A DNA stretch of 64,000 nt. It comes from Nageia nagi (Eukaryota; Plantae; Pinophyta). The translations under genes and the position numbers were made by a program. Under the pieces are notes generated by a model. The model was not told where the DNA came from, did not search any database, and worked only from the letters and a program-made list of their open reading frames with translations. The stretch spans positions 158,224,001 through 158,288,000 of the forward strand of contig JBITNC010000001.1 in NCBI GenBank assembly GCA_050084985.1, given 5' to 3'. How positions within the stretch are numbered: position 1 is the stretch's first letter; the number at the start of each line of letters is the position of its first letter. Positions 1 to 13,594 of the stretch are shown here, one piece after another.

Positions 1-3000
1 TCCTACAAATGAGAAGGCACTAGAGGCTTACAACATAAAGAATAAGTTGGCAACCTCCATGATTTACTATGCAATTTTAAATGATGTGCTCCTGATGATT
101 TTCTCTTCAACCTCAACAAAAGAAGCATGGGATAAGCTTATGCAAATCTACCTTGGTTCAAACTTTTCAAGAAGATTTACTATTCTCCAAAAGTTACTTT
201 AATCTTGTCAAGGGAAAAATAAAAATGTGGCTATCTACTTAAATAAAATCATTAACCTAAAGACCTAACTTATTGCTTGTGTGTGCAATTGGATCAATGA
301 TGAGTTCATGGTTTTCATCATTCTTCAAAGCCTCTCTTCAAAGTTTGAAAACTTTATAACAGTTATGGAAATAAGACTTAATGATTAAAAAAAGTCTTCT
401 CCCTTGAGAACCTTTTAAGGCACTTATTAAAGAATGAGAAAACCCTTAACAATAAAGGGTTGATTTCTTCTCCTAAGGATAATAACGTTGCTCTTGGAGC
501 AAATAAAACTCATTTCAAAAAGAAGTTCAACTATCAAAATAAATCTTATCCTTCTTCCTCCAAAAGATTTGAGAAAAGAGGTAATGGCTACAATAGTAAT
601 AGAAATAACAAAAATAACAACAATAGTAGCAGAAACAATGATAACAACAATTAGGTAAAGTAAACACTCCTTATCCTAAGGAAAAATTTGATAGTAATTA
701 TAACTATTGTGGCACTCAAGGTCATAAATAAATTGATTGCTACAAAAAAAAGAGATTAAAAGAATAAAGGCAAAGGAAATGTAAAAAACTACAAAGAAAA
801 GAAAAATATTCATGTTGGTTTTACTACGATGCTCTACTCCTTGTCTTGCTCTTTTTCATTTGAATGGATTGTTGACTTTAGTTGCACTAATCACCTATGC
901 TTTGAAAAATAAAAGTTTGAGAGCTTTCACAAGTATAAAAAAGATGCAGTTGTGATAGGTGATAACTCTACCCTTGAAGTCCAAGGAATTGGGAGTGTGT
1001 TAATTTATGAAAAAGTACTTGAAAATATTCTCTATATTCCTAAGTTAAGGATGAACCTTCTTTTCATGATCCAAGTTACTAAAAAAGGGTACTCTTTTGA
1101 GTTCAACTCTCAATCTTGGTGCATTAAGAAAGGACTTGCCATTTTAGTTAAAGGATCTATGAAAGATAACCTCTACATTATGGATCAAGTTCCATCAAAG
1201 ATGTGTCTTACTTCTAGTGTGTGTTCTAAAGGTAATCTTCAGCATCATCATTTAGGGCACCTTAACCTTAAGAGTATTCAATTCATGAAAGACCAAGAAC
1301 TTATAGAAGTTTTACCTTCAATTTCTCCTTCAATTTGTCTATGTGAGAAGTGCATTCTTAGCAAGATGCATAGATAAAAATTTTAAAAAGATAAAGCAAC
1401 AAGAGCATCTCAACCTCTTCAACTTGTGCATTTAGATTTGATGGATCCATTTCAGACTAAGTCACTTAGAGGAGCATATTACATCTTGACCTTCATTGAT
1501 GACTTTAGTAGGATGACCTTTGGGTATCTACTTAAGCACAAGGATCAAGCCTTTGAGAGTTTTAAGGTTTTTAAGGCCTTTGTTGAGAATCATACTAACC
1601 TTAAAATCAAGATGTTGAGATCAGATAATGGGGGAGAATATAACAATAATGAGTTCAATAACTATTATGCTAAGTATAGAATCAAAAGGTAATTTACAAT
1701 TCTATACACTCCTCAGTAGAGTGGTGTTGCTAAATGAACAAATAGAACAATAATGGAGATGGCTAGATGCATGGTAGGTAATCTTCCTAAATTCTTATGG
1801 GGTGAAGATATGAGCATTGTTATTTACACCTTAAATAGGTGTCCCATAAAAGTCATTCAAAGTAAAACTCTATTTGAGGCATGGTCAAGAAGAAAACCTA
1901 ACATTTCTCACCTTACGGTGTTTAGTTGCATAGCATTTTCCTACATTATTTTTGATAAAAGAAAGAAATTGGAAAAAAGAGCTGAAAATTGCATCTTTGT
2001 GGGTTATGACAATCAACATAGAGGCTACAGGCTCTATTCTTTAACCTATAAAATAGTGTTTATTTCAAAGAATGTAAAGTTTAATGATGAATCTGCTTTT
2101 AATAAAGATGTTGATGATCTAGAGGATTGTTTAGTTGCTCCTACCTGATTGAATATTGATATAGATAAGTCATATCAAGAACAAAATTCTCTAACACAAA
2201 GGGTAACAAGGAGCATAACCTTGAACAAATCCTTAATTACCAAGATTGACAACATGCATGAACCCTCAAGCTTCAAAGAAGCTTCTAAGCATGAGTGCTG
2301 GATGGAACCCATGAAAGTGGAATATGAGACGCTTATGAAAAATAAGACTTGAGACTTAGTTCCTTATCCCAATGAAAAGAATGTGATTGGCAATAACTGG
2401 ATCTACAAGGTCAAGTTCAATTCACTAGGAGATATTGAGAAATACAAGGCAAGTTTAGTAGCTAAAGGTTTTGCTACAAAAATATGATGTAGATTATGAG
2501 AAAAACTTTACTCCCATGGCAAAGATGCCTACTATGAGAGTAATCCTTACTCTTACTATAGCTCAAGGATGAAAAGTTTTTCAACTTGACGTCAAGAGTG
2601 CATTTTTCAATAGTGACTTAGATGTGGAAATTTTCATGAATCAACTAATAAAGTTTATTATGGAAGGTAAAGAGTCCTTTGTGTGTAAGCTAAAGAAGTC
2701 ATTGTATGGACTTAAGCAAGCATCTCGAGCCTAGTACAAAAAGATTTTAGGGTACTTTGTAGACATTGATTTCTCCAAGTGTTTTTTTGACTTCGATGTA
2801 TATGTGCTTAATCAAGGAAAAGATGTGGTCTTGATACTCCTTTATGTGAATGATCTTTTGATTATTAGGAATAATGATGAAATTATTCAAGAGTGCATAT
2901 CAAAACTTAAGACAACATTTGAAATGACTAATCTTAGTCTCTTGCACTACTATCTTGGAATGCAAATATATCAATACAAGGATTATACTTATCTCAGTCA

Positions 3001-3783
3001 ATCTAAGTATATATCAAACATCTTGCAGAAAATTGGAATGGAGGAGTGTAGATATGCTACAATCTCTTCTGGAATCACTATTTTCCTAAGCTTCAACTCT
3101 CAATTAGCTAATGCTATAGCTTACAGGCAATTAATTAGTAGTCTTTTGTATTTGACTATATCCAAGCTAGATATTACCTTTGCAATGAATTTGATGGCAT
3201 GATTCATGCTGAAACTTTATGTTGAGCACCTCAATGTTGTTAAGCAAATCTTGAGGTATGTTTCAAGATCAAGGCTCTTGCTCTCAAGTATTCCAAGTTG
3301 CCCTTATTTATTCTCTTTGGATTCTTAAATTTTGATTATGGGGGAGAAAGACATGATAAGAAGTTAACCTCTGTGTATGTATTTAGCATTGGTTCAGGTG
3401 CTATCTCTTGGGCTTCCAAAAAGTAGCCTACTATTTATCTATCCACCACAAAAGTCAAATATCATGCCATGTCTATTACAACTTAAGAAGCCATTTGGCT
3501 AAGGCATATTCTAATAGAAATTGGATATGAGTAAGGTGGCTCATCTTTGATCTCTTTAGATAATCAATCAGCTATTTCTTTAGCTAAGAATCTAATGTTC
3601 CATTAGAGAGAAAAACATGTAGAAATCCATGCCCATTTTATCAAAAAAAAGTTTCTTGATGGCATCATACACCTAGAGTATTGTCCATCCACCTTGAACT
3701 TTGTTGATTTGTTTACCAAGCCCATCCTAAAAGCTTAATTTTGTAAGCTTAGGGATGCTATTGGGTTGGTGAAGTTGCCCTAA
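1..3783 (+). pseudogene. Disrupted copia gag-pol polyprotein
   Basis: ORF-track fragments 952-1377, 1426-1692, 1753-2148, 2149-2352 and 2804-3202 are consecutive pieces of copia PR/INT/RT broken by premature stops. Confidence 0.93.
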
Positions 3784-3899
3784 AGGGGGAGTGAAGTTTG
3801 AATTCTTATGTTTAATTCATGTTTATGATGACAACTTCACCTTTAAAAGGATTTTGTGCTATATAGTGTTTATTTTATTATATTTTTTCTTGGTAAGTT

Positions 3900-4140
3900 T
3901 GCTCTATGTGAGGAACTTGTTATACAAATTGGTTAATCTAGCACTGTTCAGTTATCCATATGTGAGGAACTCTTATGTGTCTTTTAGCACTATTCAGTTA
4001 TCCATATGTGAGAAACTCGTATGTATATACTCTATTTTTGGTCAATCTAGTACTGTTCAATTATCTGTGTGTGAGGAACTCTTATGTGTCTTTTGGTATT
4101 ATTCAGTTATCCATATGTGAAGAACTCATATGTGCCTGCT
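3900..4140 (+). repeat. ~44-bp degenerate tandem repeat (4-5 units) in copia A 3'UTR
   Basis: Units like TAGCACTRTTCAGTTATCCATATGTGAGGAACTC(T/G/A)TATGTG at ~3938, 3982, 4047 and 4091; a related array is in the minus-strand copy at ~63120-63260. Confidence 0.85.
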
Positions 4141-4598
4141 CTACTTTGTAATGATAATCAACACATGTTTTATATATAGTAGGTGACTATGAGTTTTTAG
4201 CATGGCATCTTCATGATGACTTATAATGCACCATTGATTAGTTCATGATGGCATTTGTGTGATTCATCTATCCTTGTTATTGTGAATATGATGCATCTAA
4301 TTGATCTTGTTATTTGAGCTACTTATGACTTGTAGGTTCCTTTGAGATTACAAGTTACTTACCTCATGTATGCAGGCTCTTGGAGACTCTTCATGACTTC
4401 CAGTTGGTTGACTACTTCATGTATATTAAAACTTGTTGTGGTTAATGATTGTATTTGGCAAAGTAGTAAGTCTCAAACTAAATCTTTCTTACTTCACAAA
4501 TATGTAAAAATTTCTCATCTTTATTGTATCTATTTGGAAGAGAACTCTCTTACTTTCTCTTCTTCTTCTCTCTTACTCGCTCTATCCCAATATTGCAT

Positions 4599-4608
4599 TA
4601 AGGGGGAG
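4599..4608 (+). other. Polypurine tract of copia A
   Basis: TAAGGGGGAG immediately before the TG that starts the LTR. Confidence 0.9.
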
Positions 4609-5100
4609 TGTTGGAATGTATAATGCATTATTGTAAAGGTTTGTATTAAATATTCTATGTAAATTCACTAATACTTAAGGGTATCATTTGATACCTTAAG
4701 TATTTAAGTGAATATGATAATGTAACTTATCCTACACTCCATGTCATGAGCATGCCCCTTGGGTAAAAGGATGTGCATGTCATGCTTTTGTACATTGGAT
4801 AAAAGGGTGATCCAAAGAGGGATTTTGGCCTATAAATAGAAGGATACCTCTTTGTGATTACACACCAATTGTGAAGTAAAGTTATGCTATATTAAAGAAG
4901 TGTAGGAGTTGAGATTAGGAGAATTGTAAGAAAGTTGTATTTATGATTGAAGAAAAGATCTAGTTAGTGGATGTACTCCTAGTTGGAGGAACCACTTACA
5001 TCTTATGTTGTGAGATTGCTTATGAGTTTGTTAGAACTTATTATGAGATTCATGTGATCTTGGTTGATTAGGAATTATCTTGTTAGTGTTAGTTCCTTCA
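4609..5100 (+). repeat. 3' LTR of copia A (492 bp, TG...CA)
   Basis: Starts TGTTGGAATGTATAATGCATT, ends AGTTCCTTCA; homologous to 52389-52887, 61637-62128 and 62477-62980 (all minus); TATA-like CCTATAAATAG at ~4829. Confidence 0.9.
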
Positions 5101-5369
5101 GGTCATGATGATGAAAGTGATGATATTGATGGTTGATTTTCTCGAGATGAGGATTGAGGATGTAGAGAAAAATGACTCTTGATTCACATTTAATGATATA
5201 TAAAGTTTTATTATTTGATGCATTTATTTAGTGTTTGATGCACTTATGATAAATGGTTGTTGATACACTTATATAGTATTTGATGAACTTATGTTTATTA
5301 TATTTATTATGTTGAATGTATTTGAGTGTTCAAAATTTAGTGTTATGAAATAATTCTTATGCCTTATTT

Positions 5370-7125
5370 ATGCTTCCTCATTTTGCATACATGTATATTA
5401 GGGCATTCATAACAACATCATTCTATGGAAAACCATTTTCAATTACTCTTTGATGGATTTCCATATATTCTTCTAAATCTCCCATGGTGGCACATATCAT
5501 AAGAATGATGGTAGAGGTTATAGAGTTGGGTTTTACACCTAACAATTACATCTACCTAAAAGTCTTTAGGGTCTTTTTAGAAAATCCATGTTGTGCATAT
5601 CCTACATTATTTTGAATCACCAATAATCTCCATAAGAATATTTTCCATATTTGAAATGACAAAATCTGTTTGCATCCCTCATAACCATGCCCCTTGCAAC
5701 AATATTGGAGATAAACTTGGTTGTAATATCATAGTCATTTCTTACTCAAAGGTTCTTCAAAAATCTATGCTGGCATAGAATAAATTCTTTATCACTAACC
5801 TTCATATCATGTGTTAGCACATGTATTATATTTGGAATATACCTCATTATCTTCATCTCACTCAATGATTCATCCTATGAATTATGCAATGAGACTCACT
5901 TATGTTATTAAATTATTTTCAACCCTCATCCACTAGACATGCATGGTTGCATGTATGTAAAACACATAAAAGGTTATGTTTCTAGGGGTGGTTCAAAGAG
6001 TTTAAAGGAATCCCTACTATAACCATGAATTACATATCCTATGATCATTGTTTTCCATGAAAATATGTCTGCAACATGCATCTTGCCAAAGAAGTATCGG
6101 GCCTTATGTATTCTTCTACATTTTGCATACATGTCTATCAAGGCACTCAAAACCACTATTGTATTTATTTCATACTCAAAGGTTATTCAAAACTCTAATA
6201 ATAGTTTCAAGAGGAATCTTCAACAACTTGAACATAGTTGCCAACTTTTCACTATTTTGGCAAAGAAGCAATTCTTTATCATCAACCTCCACATCATGCA
6301 ATGCAAGTATTGTATTTGGAATATATCCTATTATATTTATCTCACTCGATAAGTTCTCTAATTTTCCATAGATATCTAGTGTTTTTGGGTGTAATCTATC
6401 TCCTATAAGAAAAGCATGTACTCTTTTATCAACTTCAATCCAACCACATCCAAGTATCTTCTTGATTTCTCTATCTTTCATCAATGTCCTTACTCTTTGG
6501 GCATCATCCTAACTGCCCAATTCAGCATTCCTTATAGCAATATCCCTTGCAACAATCTTGAAGATAAACTTGGTTGAAGTAATATACTTGAAGGTTTTTC
6601 ACAATTTTAATAATAATTCCAAGGGGGTTGTTTAACAAACCAAATACAATTACCAACTTTTCACTATGTTGGTAGAGAAGAAATTATTTATCATAAACCT
6701 CCACATCATGCAATGCAGGTATTGTATTTGGAATATACCCCGTTGCCTTCATCTCACTCAATAATTTCTCCAAATTTTTATAGATCTCTCATATTTATGG
6801 GTGTGATTTGTCTCCTACAAGAAAATCATGTACACTTTTATCAACTTCAACTCAACTATATCTTGGTATCTTCTTGATTCCTCCATCTTTCATCAATGAA
6901 TTTCATAGCTCCTTCAAGATAGCCTCCATGACCAAGAAGGTCAATAATGCATGTATAATGATTCATCTCAAGAACAATGCAATAAGATTCAATCTTGTTG
7001 TTAAAGTATTTACAACCCTCATCCATAAGACTTGCATGGTTGCATGTAAGTAAATGCTTACAACGATCATGTTGTTAGGTTTGGTTCCTAAGTGCTCCAT
7101 GAAATCAAAGAGTTTAAGGGCATAA
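5370..7125 (-). pseudogene. Scrambled PLS-class PPR / E+/DYW pseudogene fragments
   Basis: PPR motifs (VLSALIDMYAKC..IHKAR.FF.KM...DIFSWKTMIIGYVIHG), PG-box (IKKILGCGWIEV..RVHAF.IGDR.HP), and a DYW terminus VARGMVMRDANRFCHFKYGKYSYGDYW* with stop at 5617-5619. Many stops and deletions. Confidence 0.9.
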
Positions 7126-7441
7126 TGTTATGAACCAAATTCCCAAAATAGCATAAAATCACAAGAGAAAGAGCTCAACGCCTTGAATAAGAGATAAAAT
7201 TAGTAATAAGCCACTTCGAGGGGACAACCTCCTTTACATCACATCAAATACACAACAATAGACAATCCAAATGATAATACCTCCTTAGTATATATAGGAG
7301 TCCAAGGGGTGCCACTATAATGAAAGGACACTAGCCGGCATAACAATAATAATGTAATGGAATAACAATAACCATAGTGGGCTTCTATGGGACACATAAT
7401 AACAATATATGGGCTACATGAGTAGTATAGGGGACCTAACA
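7126..7441 (-). repeat. 3' LTR of chromovirus
   Basis: TGTTA...TAACA termini; 13 mismatches in 316 bp versus the 5' LTR by manual count; PPT (GAAAGAGAGGGGCA on minus strand) at 7442-7455. Confidence 0.97.
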
Positions 7442-7470
7442 TGCCCCTCTCTTTCAAAAAAATGTTGTCC

Positions 7471-10400
7471 TCAACATTTGAGTAGTTTTGGATGCTTCTG
7501 TAGAAAATTCTCATCTTCCCATGTGGAATCTTCAGTAGGTAGGTTCTTCCACTTAATGAGATACTCTAAAATTGATTGATTTCTTAGCTTACAGATTCTT
7601 GATTCAGTGATTACTTCTAGCTCCAATATAATTTTCCCTTCCTTGTCGAGTTCTGGAAGTGTAGTTTGAACTGGGATCTTGTCACCTATAACCTTCTTTA
7701 AGCATGAAACATGAAAAATTAGGTGTACTTGCAAAGAAGCCGGAAGCTCCAATTTGTATGCCATACTACCAATGTTTTGCAATACCTTATAAGGCCCATA
7801 GTACTTGGGAGATAGTTTGTTATCCTTCTTAGATTGCTTGAGGGACATCTATTTGTATGGTTGTAGCCATAAAAACACCCAATCACCCACTTCAAAACTT
7901 CTTTCACTATGATGTTGATCTACTTGTTGTTTCATTCGATTCTGTGCAAAGGTCAGGTTATCCTTTAAGAGTTGGAGAACTTGTTGTTGATGCTCGATGT
8001 GATCCTCCACTGCTTGAACCTTTGATTTGTCTCTTATATATGATGTGATGGATGGTGGATGATATCCATAAAGTGCCATAAATGGGGTCATTTTTACTAC
8101 GATATGGAAGGAAGTGTTATACCACCATTCTACCAAAGATAACCACTTGACCCATTGTGTTTGTTTATCAGATACAAAGTAATGAAGATATCCTTCCAAA
8201 CATTTGTTCACTATCTCAGTTTGCCCATCAGATTGAGGATGATAAGATGAGCTATGAGCCAATTGAGTACCGAGATAAGAAAATAATTCTATCCAAAAAT
8301 TCCCAGTGAAAATGGGATCTCTATCACTTACAATAATCTTTGGGTTTCCATGTAATTTTTGAACTATCTCCATGAATGCAGTAGCGACTATACTAGCTTT
8401 GAAGGGATGGGATACTGCACAAAAGTGTGCATACTTGGTAAGTCTATCAACAACCACCATGATGACACTCTTTTCTTCATACTTGGGTAGACTTGTGATA
8501 AAATCCATTGAGACTTCCTCCCAACGTTGACTTGGAATGGGTAATGGTTGTAAAAGACTTGGGGTCTTGATTGTCTCAACTTTATTTTATTGGAAAACCA
8601 AACATTCTGCCATACACTTTTGGATATCAGATTTAAGGCCATCCCAAAAAAATTCCTTCTTAACTTTGTGGTAAGTTTTTAAAACTCTTGAGTGCCCTCC
8701 TAAAGGAGAGGTGTGTAATTCCAAAAGAACCTTTTATTTGAGTTGGGATTCTTACATAAATATAAGCGATCCTTGTACCACAAAGAATCATTTTTCCAAT
8801 TGAATGTATCAAACACACAAAGATCTTGTTGCATCTTTTGAATGAGTGTCCACATCTCCTCATCATTCCTCCATTCATCCCTTGCTTCAGTTATCCACTC
8901 AGGTTGGAGAATTGAAATTACGCATATCAATGCCTCAACATCCTCATCCTTTCTTGAGAGTGCATCGACCATAACATTTTGCTTCCCTTTTTTATAAATG
9001 ATTTCAAAGTCATAACCCAACATCTTTGTGACCCATTTTTGTTGCTCTTCTGAAGATAGTCTTTATTCTAAGAAGTATTTAAGACTATCATGATCTGTTT
9101 TGACCTTGAAGTGTCTTCCCATTAGATAGGGATGCCATTTCTTCAAGGCATGTAGTATTGCCATCATTTCCTTCTCATAAATAGGTTTGTTTAAATTCTT
9201 TCCCTTTATTGGATGAATCTCAAAGGCAATGGGTCTTCCATTTTGCATTAAAACAACACCAATGCCATTTCCTGAGGCATCACATTCCATAATAAAAGTT
9301 TTTGTGAAGTCTGGTGTAGCTAATACAAGAGCTTTGCACATTTCTTCTTTAAGATTTTCAAAGGCCTTAGTTGCTTCTAGAGTCCAAGAAAATGCATCTT
9401 TCTTTAGTAATGTTGTTAGAGGTGCAATGATTCACCCATAATTCTTAACAAACTTGCGATAATACCCTGTCAACCCCAAAAATCCTCTAAAGTGCCTTAA
9501 GGTTGTGGGAAGTCTCCATTCCTTGATGGCTTTAATTTTGTTAGGGTCTGGCTTAACACCCTCATGAGACATGATATGACCCAAATATTCCACCTCATGT
9601 ACCCTAAAGAAACATTTGGATGGTTTTGCATACAATTGTTGTGCCTCCAATAGTTTGAGCACCCTGTCAACATGTTGAATATGATCTTCCCAAGACTTGC
9701 TGTAGATTAGTATATCATTAAAGAATACTAACATAAATTTTCTAAGGAAGGGTTTGAAAATAGAATTCATCAAACTTTGAAAAGTGAAAGGTGCATTAGT
9801 AAGGCCAAAGGGCATGACCAAGAATTCATAATGACCTTCATGAGTTTTGAATGCTATTTTCAGAATGTCTTTTATCTTCATTCTAATTTGATGATATCCC
9901 GAGCGAAGATCTAGCTTGGTGAAGTATTTTGCTCCATGTAATTCATCCAACAATTCAACAATGATAGGAATGGGAAATTTATCTTTAATAGTGAGCTTGT
10001 TTATCTCTCTATAATCTAGACACATGCGCCATGCTCCCTCCTTCTTAAGCACCATTACTACTGGGGAAGAGAAAGAACTTTGGCTTGGTCGAATTATACC
10101 TGTTTCTAGCATTTCTACAATCATACGTTCAATTTCACTCTTCTAGGCATATGGATATCTGTAAGGTCTGATGTTGGGAGGAACACTTCCTGGAATTAAG
10201 TTAATACCATGATCATGATCTCGATTAGGGGGGAGACCTTTGGGAGTATCAAATACCTTGGGATACTTATCAATGACTTTCTAAAGATCTAGAGAATTGC
10301 CTAGCTTAGATGGTTGGACATCTAGTGAGCATAATTGTATAATTACACCTCTTCTTTGCTTCCTCAAAAGTTTTGTCATACCATTGGAGCTAATTATCTT

Positions 10401-11900
10401 ACAATCTTTCGCTTCGTTACCCCTTAATTCAAACTCTTTTCCTTCCCAAGAAAATTTCATGAAAAGTTCTTTAAAATTAAAAGCCACTGTTCCCAATGAT
10501 TGTAACCATTGGACCCCTAAGATAATATCAGCAGCACCCATTAGAATGGCAATCATTGGACTTTTTAGTAAATATTCCCCCATGGTTAGATTGATATTAT
10601 GAGACTTCTCTGAGCAATTTATAGTTCCTCCATCTGCAACCATCACTTGAAACTCTGGCGCTGGATATATGAAGCAATTCAAATCTTTGGCTATCTTGGA
10701 ATGAATAAAATTATGTGTACTACCAGAGTCAATCAACACTATTACCTTTTTCTTCTTGATATATCCTTCTATCTTAAGAGTTTGAGGAGCAGTAATTCTA
10801 GCCAATGCATTACAAGATATGGTGGGAGTCATTTTTTCAGTAGTAATCTCTTCTAATTCTTCGGGTGTGGATGATTTTTCTTCTTCTTCTTCTTCCTCTT
10901 CACATTCTATGTAGAATAATTTCTTCTCCCCACACTTATGTCCTTTAATGTACTTGTTATCACAATTGAAGCATAGACCCTTTGCTTATCTTTCATCCAT
11001 TTGTTGAGGTGTCAACCTTGTAGGTTTAGGTAAGTGAGAAGAAGGAACATTATTTTCTTTATAGGTGTTAGAGGGAAAACTTTTAGTAGCCATTGCCATA
11101 TTTTTACTTTCAACCTTCCTTTCCATCCTAAAAGCCATCTCTAAGGATGTTGGTTCAAACAGATGCACCTCATGTTGAATGTTATCCTTTAAGGTTCCCA
11201 TAAAGAGATCCAACAATCTATCACTTGGTATGTCATTCACTCTAAGAATCAACTTTTGAAATTGTTGAATGTGCTCCATCACTGAACCTTTTTGCCTTAG
11301 ATTTGTCAATTGAGTAAAGAAGGAATTATTCATTACATCCTCATGGTAGGCTATCAATTCCTCTGTAAAAATGGACCAAGATATAATAGAATCCTTTTTA
11401 TGTTCACAAAGCCATTAGTACCATACAACCTACTCATGCTCTAGATACAAGGATGCAATAGTTACTTTTTATGATGTTGGTACTTGGTGTAGATCAAAAA
11501 AATGCTCCATTTGAAATATCCAAGTGATGGGGTCCTTTCCATAAAACTTCCTCATGTCTATCTTGGGGAGTTGGATTCCCCTTGAGAACCATGTTTGATT
11601 ACTTCCATTAGTAGAAGCATATCCTCCTGAATTAGGCTTATTAATGAAGGGTTTATCTCCTTGAACAATATCATTATTTTCCTGATAACCCTGGGCCATA
11701 TCAACATCTTTAGGAATCTTTCCCTCTAGGTTTTGTATGAGTTGAAAAATCTTTTCCATATTTTGATCCATATTAGTCACCAATTCTTCCCTCAAACTGA
11801 TTAAATCAATTGATCTTACCATCCCTTTTGTCAAATCCCTTTTTAACTCCTCCAAATAACCTTTTTTTACATACCATTTAACCAATTCTTCCAATTGGGA
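7471..11900 (-). pseudogene. Chromovirus gag-pol (disrupted)
   Basis: ORF-track pieces 11469-11894 and 10986-11357 (gag), 10281-10832 (protease), 9432-10124 (RT), 9063-9341 (RNase H), 7849-8508 (integrase), 7471-7848 (chromodomain). Confidence 0.95.
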
Positions 11901-13264
11901 TATTCAGAAGGATATGTCTTCACTTTATGCTATAGTCATGGATGAACCCTCTGTAGGTCTAGGTGGTGTAGCAAGTTTTTTCAGTGGCATTTTGACTGAG
12001 TATTACTGTGGAGTAGGAATTTTCCAAATGGTTTAGTCAAAGGTCCTCACAAGAGTATCTAGTTCTCATAAACCACGATATACCGTAGGGTCCAACAATA
12101 GTACTCGACCCAATATTTTAGAGCTCCAACCAAAGAGGATAGACCGTACCCTTGGTCGTACTACCTGACTACCTTTTGGTACATGTGGGCAGTCTCCCCG
12201 AGTGATGTTCTCAATGTATTGCAAAAAAAGGATGGTCAAAAGGTTAACTTGGTTGGTTTTGGGATTCTAGGGGGTCTCCCTATACACGTAAGGTACGTGG
12301 GAGCTCAAATCTATGATAATGCTATCTAATGCACAACCATTTGAAAAGGGCCCTTGCTAATATACTCACAGTACGTGAGGAAATCCTAAAGGACCTCTCT
12401 ATATACCATGTACATGCATGAGCATGATGGCCTCTCTATATACTGAAAGGTATACGTGAGAGAATCCAACAGTGGCCTAAGCGATATACTGCGAGTACGT
12501 TGTAGGAGACCACAATTCCCTGGGATGCAATGCTGGCAAAGTAATGATAGCTCCTATGTTTAAAGATGCTATAACATATATATACCTATAAGACTCCCAT
12601 TTTTATCCTCTTTCCAATAGCTTTTGAATCACCCCAAATAGACCTTCCAATCAAAATATATGCAAATTTAAAAAATTGTACCTTTTTAAATTGTGATTTG
12701 GAGACTATTCTATTGTCTGAGCTTCTGACTGATGTAAATCTAAAATTTCTAACCTTTAAAGTTTGAAATTTCTACCTATGGTAGCCTCATATGTCTTCTT
12801 TTCAATGCCATAGATTTCATCAAATTCTGATATTCCAAGAGGAAATGGCTGCAACTATCCCAAAATGTGCTAATTTTTGGATTTTTCATAAGAGCGAACT
12901 TGTATGAAGTGCAATGTGTCACCTATTATTCCTAGACCTTAAAAATTATACTAGATAAACTTTAGTTTGTACCCTAACCAATATAATAGGTTTCACATAG
13001 TTTGGAGCTGTAAAACTTTAGATATACACTTTTTAGCTAGAACACCTATTTTAGACCTGCTTTTGAGACTAGTCATAAACCCTAACTTCCCTTGAGTGTA
13101 AATTGCAAAATATAGTGAATTAGGAGCTGAAATTTTAACTAAAACTTCTTTGGTATGTTTTCTAAAAACCCAATAAATTTTAGAATCTAAAACCTTGTGA
13201 AATAAAATTGGTAATGAAAATGCCACGATGACTAGTTTTGAGTAGTGAAACCGTAGAATCATCT

Positions 13265-13276
13265 GCTCTGATACCA
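13265..13276 (-). other. Primer binding site (tRNA-iMet)
   Basis: Minus strand reads TGGTATCAGAGC, 2 nt from the LTR end. Confidence 0.95.
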
Positions 13277-13278
13277 AA

Positions 13279-13594
13279 TGTTATGAACCAAATTCCCAAA
13301 ATAGCATAAAATCATAAGAGAAAGAGCTCAATTCCTTGAATAAGAGATAAAATCAGCAATAAGCCACTTCAAGGGGGCAACCTCCTTTACATCATATCAA
13401 ATACACAACAATAGATAATCCAAATGATAATACCTCCTTAGTATATATAGGAGTCCAAGGGGTGCCACTACAATGAAAGGACACTAGCTGACATAACAAT
13501 AATAATGTAATGGAATAAAAATAACCATAGTGGGCTTCTATGGGACACATAATAACAATATATGGGCTACATGAGTAGTATAGGGGACCTAACA
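13279..13594 (-). repeat. 5' LTR of chromovirus
   Basis: Direct repeat of 7126-7441; adjacent PBS. Confidence 0.97.

Larger units (their letters stand above)
1..5100 (+). mobile_element. Ty1/copia LTR retrotransposon, family A (5' end outside window), degenerate
   Basis: Domains in copia order: gag zinc-knuckle remnant (~700-745), protease WIVDFSCTNHLC (~865), GAG-pre/integrase (HHLGH..CEKC; FIDDFSR..LRSDNGGEY), RT (KSLYGLKQA, LLYVNDLLI), RNase H ending ~3783. Then ~820 bp 3'UTR, PPT and LTR. Many stops and frameshifts. Confidence 0.95.
7126..13594 (-). mobile_element. Full-length Ty3/gypsy chromovirus (Reina-like), 6469 bp, TSD CATAA
   Basis: Two 316-bp LTRs; TSD CATAA at 7121-7125 and 13595-13599; tRNA-iMet PBS; PPT; gag-PR(LIDSGSTHNF)-RT([10 protein letters not shown])-RH(CDASG.GIG)-INT(MDFI..IVSDRD..GQTE)-chromodomain (EYLIKWKNLPTEDSTWE). 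Several stops. Confidence 0.97.

Noticed and set aside
3791-4623. Possible env-like ORFs after copia pol
   Set aside because: Short, hydrophobic only because of T-rich tandem repeats, and not open in the second family copy.
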